Shown one piece after another: positions 26,572-37,223 of a stretch of 64,000 nt of DNA. The stretch is from an uncultured virus (IMG/VR IMGVR_UViG_3300027804_000060). Lineage: Duplodnaviria; Heunggongvirae; Uroviricota; Caudoviricetes. A program made the position numbers and the translations under genes. The stretch is from IMG/VR virus record IMGVR_UViG_3300027804_000060. One strand, given 5' to 3'. The notes beneath the pieces were generated by a model. That model was not told where the DNA came from and searched no databases. It was given only the letters and a program-made list of their open reading frames with translations. Each line of letters begins with the position of its first letter. Positions within the stretch are counted from its first letter, which is position 1.

Positions 26572-27459
26572 TTAAGCTAAGAGTGTACCTGATTGATTGA
26601 ATGTATAGTACTTATAACCACCAACGTTTGAGAATACCACACTTGCACCTGTATATCCTTGAGCGTCATCTTCAGTGTTTAAGAATCTCACAATTAAAAT
26701 ACCTCTACCACCGGTGCCCCCGACAGTTGGACCACCGCCGCCACCACCGCCGCCACCACCTAAATTGTCTGTACCGCCGCCACCATTACCTGTATTCAAT
26801 GTTTCGCCACCGCTACCACCGCCACCAGAGCCGCCGCCTGCGGCTCGAGAGTTACCGCCAGGGAAATAACCGCCACCGCCGCCACCGCCGCCATAAGTAG
26901 TGCCGTTTAACCATGCTAAACCATTGCCACCTGCACCTGCTGGTGAAGGTGTTGGAGTCGTGGCTGCTGTACCACCAACAGCACCTGCGCCACCGCCGCC
27001 ACCACCGCCACGGTTTGTACCAGCCGCACCATTTCCACCGTTATTACCTTGGCCAGCGATACCGCTGGCACCGGTGGATGCCTTGCCGCCACCGCCGCCT
27101 GAACCACCACTATTACCTGAGTTGCCGGTTGTAGCAGCTGTACCTGAACCGCCACCACCACCGCCAGAGGTTGATAGTGTTGTGAATCCTGCACCCGATA
27201 TACTAGAAGGATTGCCTGAACCACCTCTAAGGTTACTTGCACCACCACCAGAAGAACCACCAGCACCAACAGTTACTGTATATGTAACACCTCTAGTGAG
27301 AGTTTGACTTGTGTATGAGGTATAACCACCTGCACCTCCACCACCACCGTTTCGTCCACCGCCACCTGCGCCACCAGAAAGAACTAGTATATCTACAGTT
27401 AGAGGTCCACTCAAAGCGGCAACCGCATAACTATATGGGTTAAGTAGAAACCCCGACAT
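26572..27459 (-). CDS. Glycine-rich adhesin-like protein
   Basis: VDILVLSGGAGGG..., polyglycine runs, ends GGRGILIVRF...YKYYTFNQSGT; paralog of its neighbours. Confidence 0.75.
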   Translation of the reverse strand: MSGFLLNPYSYAVAALSGPLTVDILVLSGGAGGGGRNGGGGGAGGYTSYTSQTLTRGVTYTVTVGAGGSSGGGASNLRGGSGNPSSISGAGFTTLSTSGGGGGGSGTAATTGNSGNSGGSGGGGGKASTGASGIAGQGNNGGNGAAGTNRGGGGGGGAGAVGGTAATTPTPSPAGAGGNGLAWLNGTTYGGGGGGGGYFPGGNSRAAGGGSGGGGSGGETLNTGNGGGGTDNLGGGGGGGGGGPTVGGTGGRGILIVRFLNTEDDAQGYTGASVVFSNVGGYKYYTFNQSGTLLA

Positions 27460-28694
27460 TATGTTCTCCTATAATACAAAGTAACTTTTAGACCTTTTGC
27501 ACCAGTACCAGCAGTATCAATATCCATAGTTATTTCATCATCATCAGCAAAGGTTGTGGTTGAAAGCACGGCCGCCGTTGCAGCAGTTGTACTTGTTTTT
27601 TCATTAGCATCTATTGTTAATGTAGTACTAAAAATACTTGTACCATTTTTATTAATATCTACTGCGGGATTACCTGATGAACTCACAACAGACAATGAAG
27701 CTCTTGGAATTTGAGTCAAAGTCATGGCAAAAGGTGCTCTGAATGTAATTTTAGCCACACCTGTTGTGATTGAAGTTGTTTCATCACTCAATGCAATTGT
27801 CATATGAGTGTTTGGTTTCAGAGATGTTAACGCTGAACCGTCACCAATAAAAAAGTTTGAGGTAACATAATTTGCACCAGATATATTACCAGCACTTCCT
27901 GTTGTTCTAATGTTTGCAGTAATTATGTTACTTGTTGCATATATTGAAGTTGTATTTACTACAGCAGAATATACACCTTGTGTTGCAGCAATGTTACCTG
28001 TCACATTTGCCCATGTTGTGGAAACATTAACGATATTTACACCACCAACATTCATGTAAATATTTCCACCAGAGGTGGTCATACTTACATTACTTGTTCC
28101 ACTACTGATGTAAGGTGTGTTTGCATAAGTAGAAGCAGAATTGGCTGTTATGAATGCTGCATTGGCCTGTTCTCTTGCCCAAGTATCAGAACCACCTCCA
28201 CCACCTGAATTGGCTGCAGCAAAGGCTGCATTAGCATATAGACTGGCTGAATTTGCGGCTTCAAAAGCTGCATTGGCTTGAGTGAAAGAACCATTAGCAT
28301 ACAATCCAGCACTAGTAGCTTTTGTGTCCGCAGTATTTGCCGCAGTGAATGCTCCGTTGGCATACAATCCTGCTGAGTTTGCAGTATCATAAGAATTGTT
28401 TGCTTGTGTTCTTACCCATGTATCGGATGCATTATTGGCTGCATTGTATGCCGCATTGGCTTGAATGAATGCTCCATTGGCAAATAATGCTGCCGAGTTT
28501 GCAGTAATAAATCCTGCATTGGCTGTATCTCTGGCATATGTATCTGTACTAGAACCACCTCCACCAGTATTTGCTTGTGCAAATGCAGCATTAGCCTGTG
28601 CATATGCGGCATTAGCCTTTGCAAATGCAGAAGGTACCAAAGATGAAAAGTCTTTGGTTGAATCTAATCTTGATGGAGGTACTTGTGTTGACAT
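27459..28694 (-). CDS. Fibre shaft protein with AFxxANx heptad repeats and C-terminal beta-sandwich
   Basis: N-terminal MSTQVPPSRLD; heptads such as AFAKANA/AYAQANA/AFAQANT; C-terminal domain IALSDETTSITTG...GAKGLKVTLYY. Confidence 0.7.
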   Translation of the reverse strand: MSTQVPPSRLDSTKDFSSLVPSAFAKANAAYAQANAAFAQANTGGGGSSTDTYARDTANAGFITANSAALFANGAFIQANAAYNAANNASDTWVRTQANNSYDTANSAGLYANGAFTAANTADTKATSAGLYANGSFTQANAAFEAANSASLYANAAFAAANSGGGGGSDTWAREQANAAFITANSASTYANTPYISSGTSNVSMTTSGGNIYMNVGGVNIVNVSTTWANVTGNIAATQGVYSAVVNTTSIYATSNIITANIRTTGSAGNISGANYVTSNFFIGDGSALTSLKPNTHMTIALSDETTSITTGVAKITFRAPFAMTLTQIPRASLSVVSSSGNPAVDINKNGTSIFSTTLTIDANEKTSTTAATAAVLSTTTFADDDEITMDIDTAGTGAKGLKVTLYYRRT

Positions 28695-28714
28695 TAATTA
28701 TAGCCTTTTTACAC

Positions 28715-28722
28715 TATTTATT
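28715..28722 (-). promoter_or_regulatory. Late promoter (AATAAATA) heading the 27459-25266 unit
   Basis: Overlaps the stop of the 2031-aa gene, 20 nt upstream of the ATG at 28694. Confidence 0.55.
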
Positions 28723-31700
28723 TGATATCGTATGGGGCTGTTGGTACAGTTATGGTTCTTGCATAACCGTTTGTGATTCTCAAATCTGCAATGTAACCAA
28801 CTGTTCCATAATTGGCCAAACCGTTGTCTTTTGTTCCAATGTAAATAGGATTAGTTGTTGCGGTAGCGGTTTGTACGCCAGAAACTGTTGCTGTTCCACT
28901 TGCAACACCATTCACATAGAAAGTCATTGTTGTGCCACTACGAACCCAAGCCACATGTGTCCATTGATTCCATAAAATTGTTCCTGTACCATAATAATTT
29001 GTGCCATTAAAATATGCCATTCTCCATGAACCAGTTACTGGTGATGCTAGAGGACCTAAAGCAAAAGTCATTGCTGCTGCTGTTGCACCGGATTGTCTAG
29101 CGTCCCAAATAGCCCATGCTGTTGATAATGTGGTGTCTGTTGGATACACCCAACATTCAAATGTGAAGTCACCTGGGAAAATTTTAAGATTTGCTTGTTG
29201 TCTTATAGCAAGAAAATCTGTTTTGGTACCAAAATACACAGAATTAAATCTTGAGTTATTGCTGTTCGCAAAAGGTTCGAATGAGGTTATCTTTGCATCG
29301 CCTGCTTTTGTAATAGTAAATGCGTTGGTCGACCCATCAATAAATCTATTGTTATTGCAGATTAACAATTGTGTATTTGCAACTGCTGTCAGTGGGCTTG
29401 TAGGAACTGTAATCGTTGTACCGGAATATAAACCAGTACCTTTAATCAACCTCATATTTGAAATATAACCAGTGAAATAGTTTGCACCAGATGCACGACC
29501 ACCGACACCATAATTGGCCACTGGTGCTGCATAGTTTGTTGAGTCTGCTTGATTAACTACTCTAGTGCCATCGTAATATGCACTTGTAGTTCCAGAAGTT
29601 CTTGAAACTGCAACATGATGCCAAGTGTTTGTTGTTATACTTGCATCTGCCATAATTAAAGTGGCAGTGCCTCCATAAGGATCAAATGCTAATCCAGAAC
29701 TAGATGCACGCTTTAATATTCTAAGTGAGTTGTTTGTTTGTGATTCAAAAATATCAATTTCACCAGCTGGTATTGTTAATGCATTGAACCAGAATTCAAA
29801 TGTGAAGTCTCCTGTACCAAGGCCTAAGTTTGCTTGGTTTGCACCAAATGTTAAGTAATCTCCAGTACCATCAAAGTACGCACTGTATGTGTCATAGTAT
29901 GGTGAATTATTGGCCACCCGTCTTGCAGTACCAAAAGTTTCTATATTGTGGTTTCTTGTTGCATCTGCTGTTGATGGTCCTACTGTGCTTGCAAGCAACA
30001 ATACGGTGTTTGATGTTACTGGTAGTGGTTGGTTTGGAGGCACAAAAGCTCTGGTGTATGTGCATGAACCAACAACAAACCTTAAATTTGAAAGATAACC
30101 ATTTGTATAGTTTGAAGCTAAGTTAGATGAAACTCCAATAAACATACTACCAGAAGCAGAAGTCATTGCTTGTGAATCTGTTCTAGTTGATGAGACTGCT
30201 TCAACACCATTTGTAAATATTCTACACACATTACTACTATCTCTTGTCCAAGCATAATGATTCCATTGGCCAAGTTTACCTGGTATACCAGCAACCATCA
30301 TGGTATAAGTAGATGAACCGGTGCCCGCAATACCCCAATTTGGAGTAGTTCCACTAGCTAAATAAAACGCATAAGTTGGTCCACTACCACCGTAGGCCCA
30401 GTTTCTATTTGCGAAATGAACCTCTGTTGTGGCCGTAGTGTATGCCCATCCTTCAAGAGTGAATGGTGTACTTGCAGGTATATTAAAACTAGAATTGTAT
30501 GGTATTGTCAAGTAATCCGTTGTGCCGTCAAAGTAAATGCTGTTACCAAAAGTGTTTGCAGAATAATTTGATGCAGCACTAACAGTATCAGTAAATGGAT
30601 TTTGTATCACAGGCTTTGCGTCACCGTTGACTGTGATTGCAAATGCATTATTACTGGTATCAATAAATGATGTGGACTGGCATGTCAACAAACTGGTATT
30701 GGCAATTGCTGTAAGTGGTGTAGTTGATGGTGTGAATGCTGATGTATACACGCAAGTATTAGTAACTCTAAAGTTGGATATGTAACAATTAAAATTACTA
30801 TTTCCAATTTGCCATGTACCTTGAGTGTAAGTGGTAGCAGTTGTAGTAGATCCTTTATCAACACCATTCAACCAAATTGTCATTAAATTACTACTGTTTC
30901 TAGTGACTGCAATATGGTACCATGTTCCATTAGTCAAAGATGATAGTAATAATGTAGAATTGAATATGTTACCTGTACCGAATATGTTTGGAGTAATTCT
31001 AGTACCATCATTGTAAATATTAAATCCACCTGCACTATTTACACCAATAAAAGGATTAGCTGTAGGTGCGGCATTAAAATTAACCCAAAATTCAATGGTA
31101 AATGTACCGGCAAGAGTTGTCCAAGCATTTGAAGGTGCAGTCAAATAATCTCCAGTGCCATCAAAATAACCACTATAACTTGCAGGCGTTACTGTAACTG
31201 AACTGAATGGGCCGAATTTTGAAACTGACGATGTAGTATTAATAACTACTGTTGCATTTGATGTTGATTGGTCTTGTCCTGATGCAGAATTGAAACATAA
31301 TAATCTAGTGTTGGCTACTGATACCAATGGATTTATTGAAGGTGTAAATGTGCTGGTATATAATGCAGTACCATTCAAAATTCTAAAGTTTGAAACATAA
31401 CCAATGGTATTATAAGCTCCATCCCAACGATTGAGAAAATTCAAATAACCAAAAGTTAATGTACCAGTACCATAAGTATTTGAACCCAAACTTGTTCCAT
31501 TAATAAACATATAGACATTGCTGCCTGATCTAGTCATAGCCAAATGATTCCAAGTACCAGTCGTTTCGGTTTGTATATTTCTAGAAAATGTTAATACTGT
31601 ACCAATGTTTTCATTTTGTATTTTATCTGGATACCATATCAAATTTTGGTTTGAGTTGTTATTTGTACGACCATCAATAATAAAATTTTGGGACCCGTTC

Positions 31701-34700
31701 CAAGATTGAATATGAAACCACCCCTCAACAGTAAAATCACCAGTAAATGTCTGAGTTGTGGTTACTTGTGGTCTACCATTAACATATAAACTCCATGAAC
31801 TGCCAAATGGGCTGAATGTGCCTAAGTTTGAGTTTCCAAATCCTGAAACTATATTGTTTAAATTACTTTCATCAACTATTACTTTTGTATTTGAAGATAG
31901 GTTTGTTTGTGCTGTTAGTAATACTGTGTTGGCCACAGGTGTCGATGGTGCAAAAGAAGGAACGAATGCACTGGTGTATAATCCAGTACCATTAACAACT
32001 CTTACATTGGACAGATATCCAGTCATAGATGAATCTCGAGCCGCCGATGCCCCTACACTAATTCTGGTACCATTACCTCTAGAACCTGATAGTGTTCTTA
32101 CTGCGCCCGCTAAAGCGCCATTTATAAATGCATACATGTTAGTGCCAGTTCTTGAAAAGGCCACATGTGTCCAAGTATTGAGTACCATAGCAATTGTTGT
32201 ATATATGTATTCTGTTGCATCTCCGAAAATACCATATTTCAACTGCCCCGATGCATTTGTCAACAAAGCAAATCTACCAGATACTTCAGTGCCAAACGCA
32301 ACAAGCGGTTGATTTGCTATAGATGATGTTAAGTACACCCACATTTCTACAGTAAAATCCGCAGGTAAAATACCATTTGATGATTCTGCTCCTAAACAAT
32401 CCCCAGCACCATCAAAGTATGCTGAGCCTTCATTACCAACTAAAGTAACTGTTGATGTGTTTGCAAAAGGTCCGTTTCTTGATGGTCTTGCATCACCATT
32501 TGTGGTAATAGTAAATGCATTGGATGAGTTGTCGATTACTGTGTTTGCTTGTGCTGTTAACAAACTGGTATTGGCAATGGCTGTGAGTGGTGCTGTAGGT
32601 ACAGTAAAATTGCCAGTATATACTGCGGTTCCTTTAACAACACGAAGGTTAGAAATATATCCCGTTAATAAGTTTGCTCCGCTCAACCCAGCGCCAGATA
32701 ATACAGTTCCACTGGTAGAATAATTATTAGTGTCGGTATAAGTAGAACCTGTTTGTACACCGTTAAAAAACATTTTTGTGCTACCAGAAGCTCTACATAC
32801 AACAACGTGAACCCATTTATTTAAAAATGTATATGAACCACTGTTAATTGCAGCGGCGCCAGCAACATAATACTGCATTGTTGTGGCTGCGGTAAAATAT
32901 AAAACAGGGTGTAATGAGGTTGAGCTTGTTCGGTTATCAAATATAGTACCTGATGTACCTGCTGACATATAAACCCAAGCTTCTATAGTAAAATCACCTG
33001 TGCCAAATTGGAAAGCCGCATTACTAGGCACACTCAAATAATCCCCCGTGCCATCAAAATACATACTGTAATTATTTGCATCAGGCACAGTGACTGTTGT
33101 TGGTGTACCATTGAATGGGCTAAATGAATTAACTCTTGTATCACCACCCTTTACGATTGTAAAGTTATTATTTGAATTGTCAATCAGTCTATTAGATTGA
33201 CATGTTAACAAAGATGTGTTGGCCACATATGTTAGTGGTGCAGTTGATAAAGTTGTATTTGCGGTATATAATGCGGTGCCATTTACAAATCTAAGATTGG
33301 AAATATAACCGTTAAATGCAAATGATGTGCCGCTATTAAAACCAATGTATGTTGTGCCACCAGTTGTTAAAGAAGTTGCGTAAGTTTGTGTTGTACCTAC
33401 TTGCAATCCATTAATAAAGAAATATACAGATGATCCGTTGCGAGTAATTGCAATGTGGTTCCATGCTCCCAAAACAATTGATCCTGCGGTTACTCCCACA
33501 CCCCAAGAACCGCCTGGACCCATTAACCACTGCACAGTTTGATTGGCCAATACTTGAACACGAACAGCTCCATATCCCGAACTGCCAGTATCTGAAATGT
33601 TAAAAATTGTTTGTTGTGTTGCTGAACTGGTATTGATCCATGCTTCTACCGTAAAACTATTGGTAGCAATGTTGAAAGCCGAACTGGTCAATATGGACAA
33701 ATAATCTCCAGTACCATCAAATAAATTGCTGTAATATCCTTCTTTAAAAGGATGAAACTCATTTGACTTTGTATCTGCACTAACCACAATTTCATTATTA
33801 ATTGTACTTGCATCTGTGTTGAATGTATTTCCGTTTGGTGCAGTGCTTGCACTCATTAATAATGATGCATAATTCCAGAACGCATCACCTGGAAGGTTGA
33901 TTGTCCAGTTCAAATATAATGCCGCAGTTCTAGTTGTTGTATTTGCAGTTGCAGTTATGATTGATGTGTTACTTGCAACAACTGTTGGCGTACCAGAAAT
34001 TATACCTGTAGAGGTATTCATTGATAGACCAGTTGGCAATCCACTAGAAGTATACAGTACGCCATAACCGGCCGCAGAAGTTGCAACAGGTGTCACATTT
34101 GATATTGGTGAATTTTGTGATACAGAATATGATGTGTTGTTTGCTGGTGATGAAAATGAAACAACATCTGTATTAATTGTAAGTGAAAAAGAACGAACTG
34201 AGTCTTGATTATCCGCATCAGTCGCTCGTACAGTAAATGAATATGTTGTACTTGATCCATCCACAGGTGCAGTACCCGAAATTGTACCACCAGAACTTAG
34301 TGTTGAACCTGAAGGTAAAGAACCGGAAGCCAAAGCGTATGTAATCGGTGCATCACCGGTTGCAACAACAGTTGTGTTAATTGCAGTTGTTTCATATACA
34401 GAACCCAATGAACCAGCTGACGTTGTGAATGTTGGTACACCAGAGTACACCAAACCTGGTACAAGAATACCAGTACCACCGTTTGCATTGGTAACAAAAA
34501 CGGTATAACTACCAGAGCCTAATGCAGGAGAACTGAAGGTCAGACGTCCAGAATCCAGGAATGTTACTGCGCCTATCGTAGTAGACCCAACCAAAACGGT
34601 TGCACCTGGTGCGAAACCTGACCCGTACAGGACGATAGTTTGGCCGCCCGCTGTGTCTGCTGCGGTATCATTTGTGTCAACATAAGAGCCATCAGTTACC

Positions 34701-34813
34701 GCAAAACGGGTAACAGTAGGTACCAGGAAATTTTGTTGGTTAAAATGCTCACCAACTGTAATAAGTCCTGTTGAATCTTTTGCTCTTTTGCCTCTAACAC
34801 CGGCATTAAACAT
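28718..34813 (-). CDS. Giant adhesin: IPT/TIG plus Ig-like (He_PIG) domains plus about 8 LamG/concanavalin-A-like domains
   Basis: GGQTIVLYGSGF..GATV (TIG); GSLPSG / GLPTGLS.....G.ISGTP (He_PIG); eight modules opening with (Y)FDGTGDYL-like and containing FT.E.W, W.H.A..R, F.NG, GYISN.R. Confidence 0.85.
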   Translation of the reverse strand: MFNAGVRGKRAKDSTGLITVGEHFNQQNFLVPTVTRFAVTDGSYVDTNDTAADTAGGQTIVLYGSGFAPGATVLVGSTTIGAVTFLDSGRLTFSSPALGSGSYTVFVTNANGGTGILVPGLVYSGVPTFTTSAGSLGSVYETTAINTTVVATGDAPITYALASGSLPSGSTLSSGGTISGTAPVDGSSTTYSFTVRATDADNQDSVRSFSLTINTDVVSFSSPANNTSYSVSQNSPISNVTPVATSAAGYGVLYTSSGLPTGLSMNTSTGIISGTPTVVASNTSIITATANTTTRTAALYLNWTINLPGDAFWNYASLLMSASTAPNGNTFNTDASTINNEIVVSADTKSNEFHPFKEGYYSNLFDGTGDYLSILTSSAFNIATNSFTVEAWINTSSATQQTIFNISDTGSSGYGAVRVQVLANQTVQWLMGPGGSWGVGVTAGSIVLGAWNHIAITRNGSSVYFFINGLQVGTTQTYATSLTTGGTTYIGFNSGTSFAFNGYISNLRFVNGTALYTANTTLSTAPLTYVANTSLLTCQSNRLIDNSNNNFTIVKGGDTRVNSFSPFNGTPTTVTVPDANNYSMYFDGTGDYLSVPSNAAFQFGTGDFTIEAWVYMSAGTSGTIFDNRTSSTSLHPVLYFTAATTMQYYVAGAAAINSGSYTFLNKWVHVVVCRASGSTKMFFNGVQTGSTYTDTNNYSTSGTVLSGAGLSGANLLTGYISNLRVVKGTAVYTGNFTVPTAPLTAIANTSLLTAQANTVIDNSSNAFTITTNGDARPSRNGPFANTSTVTLVGNEGSAYFDGAGDCLGAESSNGILPADFTVEMWVYLTSSIANQPLVAFGTEVSGRFALLTNASGQLKYGIFGDATEYIYTTIAMVLNTWTHVAFSRTGTNMYAFINGALAGAVRTLSGSRGNGTRISVGASAARDSSMTGYLSNVRVVNGTGLYTSAFVPSFAPSTPVANTVLLTAQTNLSSNTKVIVDESNLNNIVSGFGNSNLGTFSPFGSSWSLYVNGRPQVTTTQTFTGDFTVEGWFHIQSWNGSQNFIIDGRTNNNSNQNLIWYPDKIQNENIGTVLTFSRNIQTETTGTWNHLAMTRSGSNVYMFINGTSLGSNTYGTGTLTFGYLNFLNRWDGAYNTIGYVSNFRILNGTALYTSTFTPSINPLVSVANTRLLCFNSASGQDQSTSNATVVINTTSSVSKFGPFSSVTVTPASYSGYFDGTGDYLTAPSNAWTTLAGTFTIEFWVNFNAAPTANPFIGVNSAGGFNIYNDGTRITPNIFGTGNIFNSTLLLSSLTNGTWYHIAVTRNSSNLMTIWLNGVDKGSTTTATTYTQGTWQIGNSNFNCYISNFRVTNTCVYTSAFTPSTTPLTAIANTSLLTCQSTSFIDTSNNAFAITVNGDAKPVIQNPFTDTVSAASNYSANTFGNSIYFDGTTDYLTIPYNSSFNIPASTPFTLEGWAYTTATTEVHFANRNWAYGGSGPTYAFYLASGTTPNWGIAGTGSSTYTMMVAGIPGKLGQWNHYAWTRDSSNVCRIFTNGVEAVSSTRTDSQAMTSASGSMFIGVSSNLASNYTNGYLSNLRFVVGSCTYTRAFVPPNQPLPVTSNTVLLLASTVGPSTADATRNHNIETFGTARRVANNSPYYDTYSAYFDGTGDYLTFGANQANLGLGTGDFTFEFWFNALTIPAGEIDIFESQTNNSLRILKRASSSGLAFDPYGGTATLIMADASITTNTWHHVAVSRTSGTTSAYYDGTRVVNQADSTNYAAPVANYGVGGRASGANYFTGYISNMRLIKGTGLYSGTTITVPTSPLTAVANTQLLICNNNRFIDGSTNAFTITKAGDAKITSFEPFANSNNSRFNSVYFGTKTDFLAIRQQANLKIFPGDFTFECWVYPTDTTLSTAWAIWDARQSGATAAAMTFALGPLASPVTGSWRMAYFNGTNYYGTGTILWNQWTHVAWVRSGTTMTFYVNGVASGTATVSGVQTATATTNPIYIGTKDNGLANYGTVGYIADLRITNGYARTITVPTAPYDIK

Positions 34814-35172
34814 TAACTGATCTCCTCAAACGAACACACGGCTTGTAATATACTGTTGGTACTGGCTGTTAATCTCAATTCATCACCTTCCAACAAATAA
34901 ATGGAAAGTGTTTTGTCAATGGCTGTGAAAGATGTATCTGCTGCAACTGAAATCGTGCTAACCAATTTGTATGCAGTCGCACTTCTAAACAAATCAACTG
35001 TTATATCTGCCGCACTAGTTGCATGAATATTGGAAATAATCAACGAATTGATTTTTAATATCTTACCACTGGACGAAGGATTGTTTGCAATCGAAGTTGC
35101 TGAGGTGGTAACTGCTTGTACCTGTGTATTTCCATTAATTGTTGTTAGTGCTGCTATGTTTGGGTTTGCCAT
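34813..35172 (-). CDS. Small beta-sandwich putative adaptor (MANPNI family)
   Basis: 119 aa; KINSLIISNI....ADITV, IYLLEGDEL, ends SFEEIS; translationally coupled to the LamG gene. Confidence 0.7.
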   Translation of the reverse strand: MANPNIAALTTINGNTQVQAVTTSATSIANNPSSSGKILKINSLIISNIHATSAADITVDLFRSATAYKLVSTISVAADTSFTAIDKTLSIYLLEGDELRLTASTNSILQAVCSFEEIS

Positions 35173-35181
35173 TTTAAATCC

Positions 35182-37221
35182 TTAGAATCCGAAAACAATT
35201 GACATTGCAATTGCCTTTGATAATGATGTGCCACCTGTATTTGCTTGTGTGAATGCTGCATTGGCCTGAATGAATGCAGCATTTGCGGTGTCTCTAGCAT
35301 ATGTATCCGAGCTAGCTCCACCCACATAAGAATTACCAGACAATGTAGTTACTTCAACATTAGCACCATTTTCAAATGTTGTGTCAAAGTATATTACATT
35401 ACCAGTTATTGTATATGTATCTCTCAGTTGAACAATACCATCAACAACTGCCGTCACAAAATCTTCACTCAAAGGTGACACACTCAAATTGAATGTTGAT
35501 GTTGATCCGTTTGCTACAAACTTATTTGTTTGAATAGTTATTGTGGTGTTACTTCCGCCACCGCCGCCAGTGTTAGCTGCTGCAAAGGCCGCATTGGCCT
35601 GAGCAAAGGCCGCATTAGCTTGATTAAACGCAAAACTGGAACTTGATCCAGAATTTGCAGCCGCAAATGCGGCATTGGCATATAGACTTGCAGAATTGGC
35701 TGCGTCAAAAGCGGAATTGGATTGTAAGAAAGCTCCATTAGCATATAGTGCTGTTGAGTTAGCCGCACCAAATGCAGAATTGGATTGTAAGAAAGCTGCG
35801 TTTGCCTGGTTGAAAGCAAAGGTAGAACTTGAACCAGAATTGGCTGCAACAAACGCCGCATTAGCATATAGACTTGCACTAGTGGCTTTACTATCAGCAG
35901 TATTAGCCGCTGCAAAAGCTCCGTTTGCATAGTTACCGGCTGAAAGTGCATTATCATTTGCCGTATTTGCTTGAGTAAATGCAATTGCTGTAGGCTGGTC
36001 AATTACAATATTTCCAACCATTCCAGAATGAATAGAGCATTGATATACATAAGTCGAACCAACGATATCATAAGGAACTTTCCAATATAAAGTTCCAGTA
36101 GTTTTTCCTTGAGCTGAAGATCCTGTGGTTAATGTTCCGTCTGTATCTACATGAATTAAACCTGTGTCGTAATTGGCTCCTCCTGATGACACTCGAATCA
36201 TAAATGGATGACCAGAAACATCAAGATCAAATGCTATTGTTTCACCAGCACGAATATAAATTGTTGGATTATTTCCTGAATATTGATCGACACTGTAATA
36301 CATGCCAGGAGTTGTAACCGCTAGCTTAGTGACAGCACTTGTATAATTTGAATTAGCTTGAGCAAATGCGCCGTTAGCATACACTGCACTAGAGTTGGCC
36401 GCACCAAAAGAACTATTTACATAAGGTAATAAATCTATACCTTTAACTGTTATTGTTGTTGATTTTAAGTTTGCATTAAGAGTTGCAATTTTAAATGAAG
36501 TGTCTGTAATAACAATGTTATTATTTCCACCAATTTCAGGTGTGTATTCCTCAAACAACTGCCATTCTTTGGTACCAGCATCCCGAATCAAACCTGTGTG
36601 TGCATTGGTGCCATTGTTGTAGTGCCCAGCAAATCCAATATCAAGTACATCACCTGAATAGTTTCCGGTACCCATGATGAACAGAGTATCATTAGCAACA
36701 ATCTGTGTGGCACTGGTGCTGAATGTGTTTCCTGTTATGGAAAGATTGCCTGTAATACTAACATCACCAGAAATTGTACCACCAGAAGAATTAAATTTCA
36801 GATTGGCTGTTGTAAATGCACCGTTAGCAAAACTGGCTGCTGAGTTGGCTGTTAAGAAAGCTGCATTTGCAAATGTTGCACCAGAGTTGGCTGCTACAAA
36901 TGCACCGTTGGCAAAATCAGCTGTTGTATTTTGTGATGTAAATGCCGCATTAGCAGTTACAAAAGCACCATTAGCAAATGTTGCACCTGAATTGGCTTTA
37001 TCATATGCATTATTAGCTTGTGTTCTTACCCATGGATCTGTGGCAGTATTTGCAGCATTATAGGCCGCATTGGCTCTATCAAATGCTGCGTTCGCCAAAG
37101 ATGTTATTACGTTAGCATCCGTACGCAACCTTGTCCATGTGCCATAAGTGTCACTGTAGGTATATGTTATACCGTTTACTGTGGCCGTTTGGCCGTTGGT
37201 TGGTGATATTGGAAATGCCAT
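35182..37221 (-). CDS. Fibre shaft protein with AFxxANx heptads, a cupredoxin-like domain, an Ig-like module and hydrophobic C-terminus KAIAMSIVFGF
   Basis: N-terminal MAFPISPTNGQ; DIGFAGHYNNG module; GHPF...YQCSIHSGMVG; ANGSTSTF...VVDGIVQ module. Confidence 0.75.
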   Translation of the reverse strand: MAFPISPTNGQTATVNGITYTYSDTYGTWTRLRTDANVITSLANAAFDRANAAYNAANTATDPWVRTQANNAYDKANSGATFANGAFVTANAAFTSQNTTADFANGAFVAANSGATFANAAFLTANSAASFANGAFTTANLKFNSSGGTISGDVSITGNLSITGNTFSTSATQIVANDTLFIMGTGNYSGDVLDIGFAGHYNNGTNAHTGLIRDAGTKEWQLFEEYTPEIGGNNNIVITDTSFKIATLNANLKSTTITVKGIDLLPYVNSSFGAANSSAVYANGAFAQANSNYTSAVTKLAVTTPGMYYSVDQYSGNNPTIYIRAGETIAFDLDVSGHPFMIRVSSGGANYDTGLIHVDTDGTLTTGSSAQGKTTGTLYWKVPYDIVGSTYVYQCSIHSGMVGNIVIDQPTAIAFTQANTANDNALSAGNYANGAFAAANTADSKATSASLYANAAFVAANSGSSSTFAFNQANAAFLQSNSAFGAANSTALYANGAFLQSNSAFDAANSASLYANAAFAAANSGSSSSFAFNQANAAFAQANAAFAAANTGGGGGSNTTITIQTNKFVANGSTSTFNLSVSPLSEDFVTAVVDGIVQLRDTYTITGNVIYFDTTFENGANVEVTTLSGNSYVGGASSDTYARDTANAAFIQANAAFTQANTGGTSLSKAIAMSIVFGF

Positions 37222-37223
37222 TT

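Noticed and set aside
26601..27307. Plus-strand polyproline and His/Arg-rich ORFs (also near 25722 and 37336)
   Set aside because: Reverse-complement artefacts of GGT/GGC polyglycine codons.
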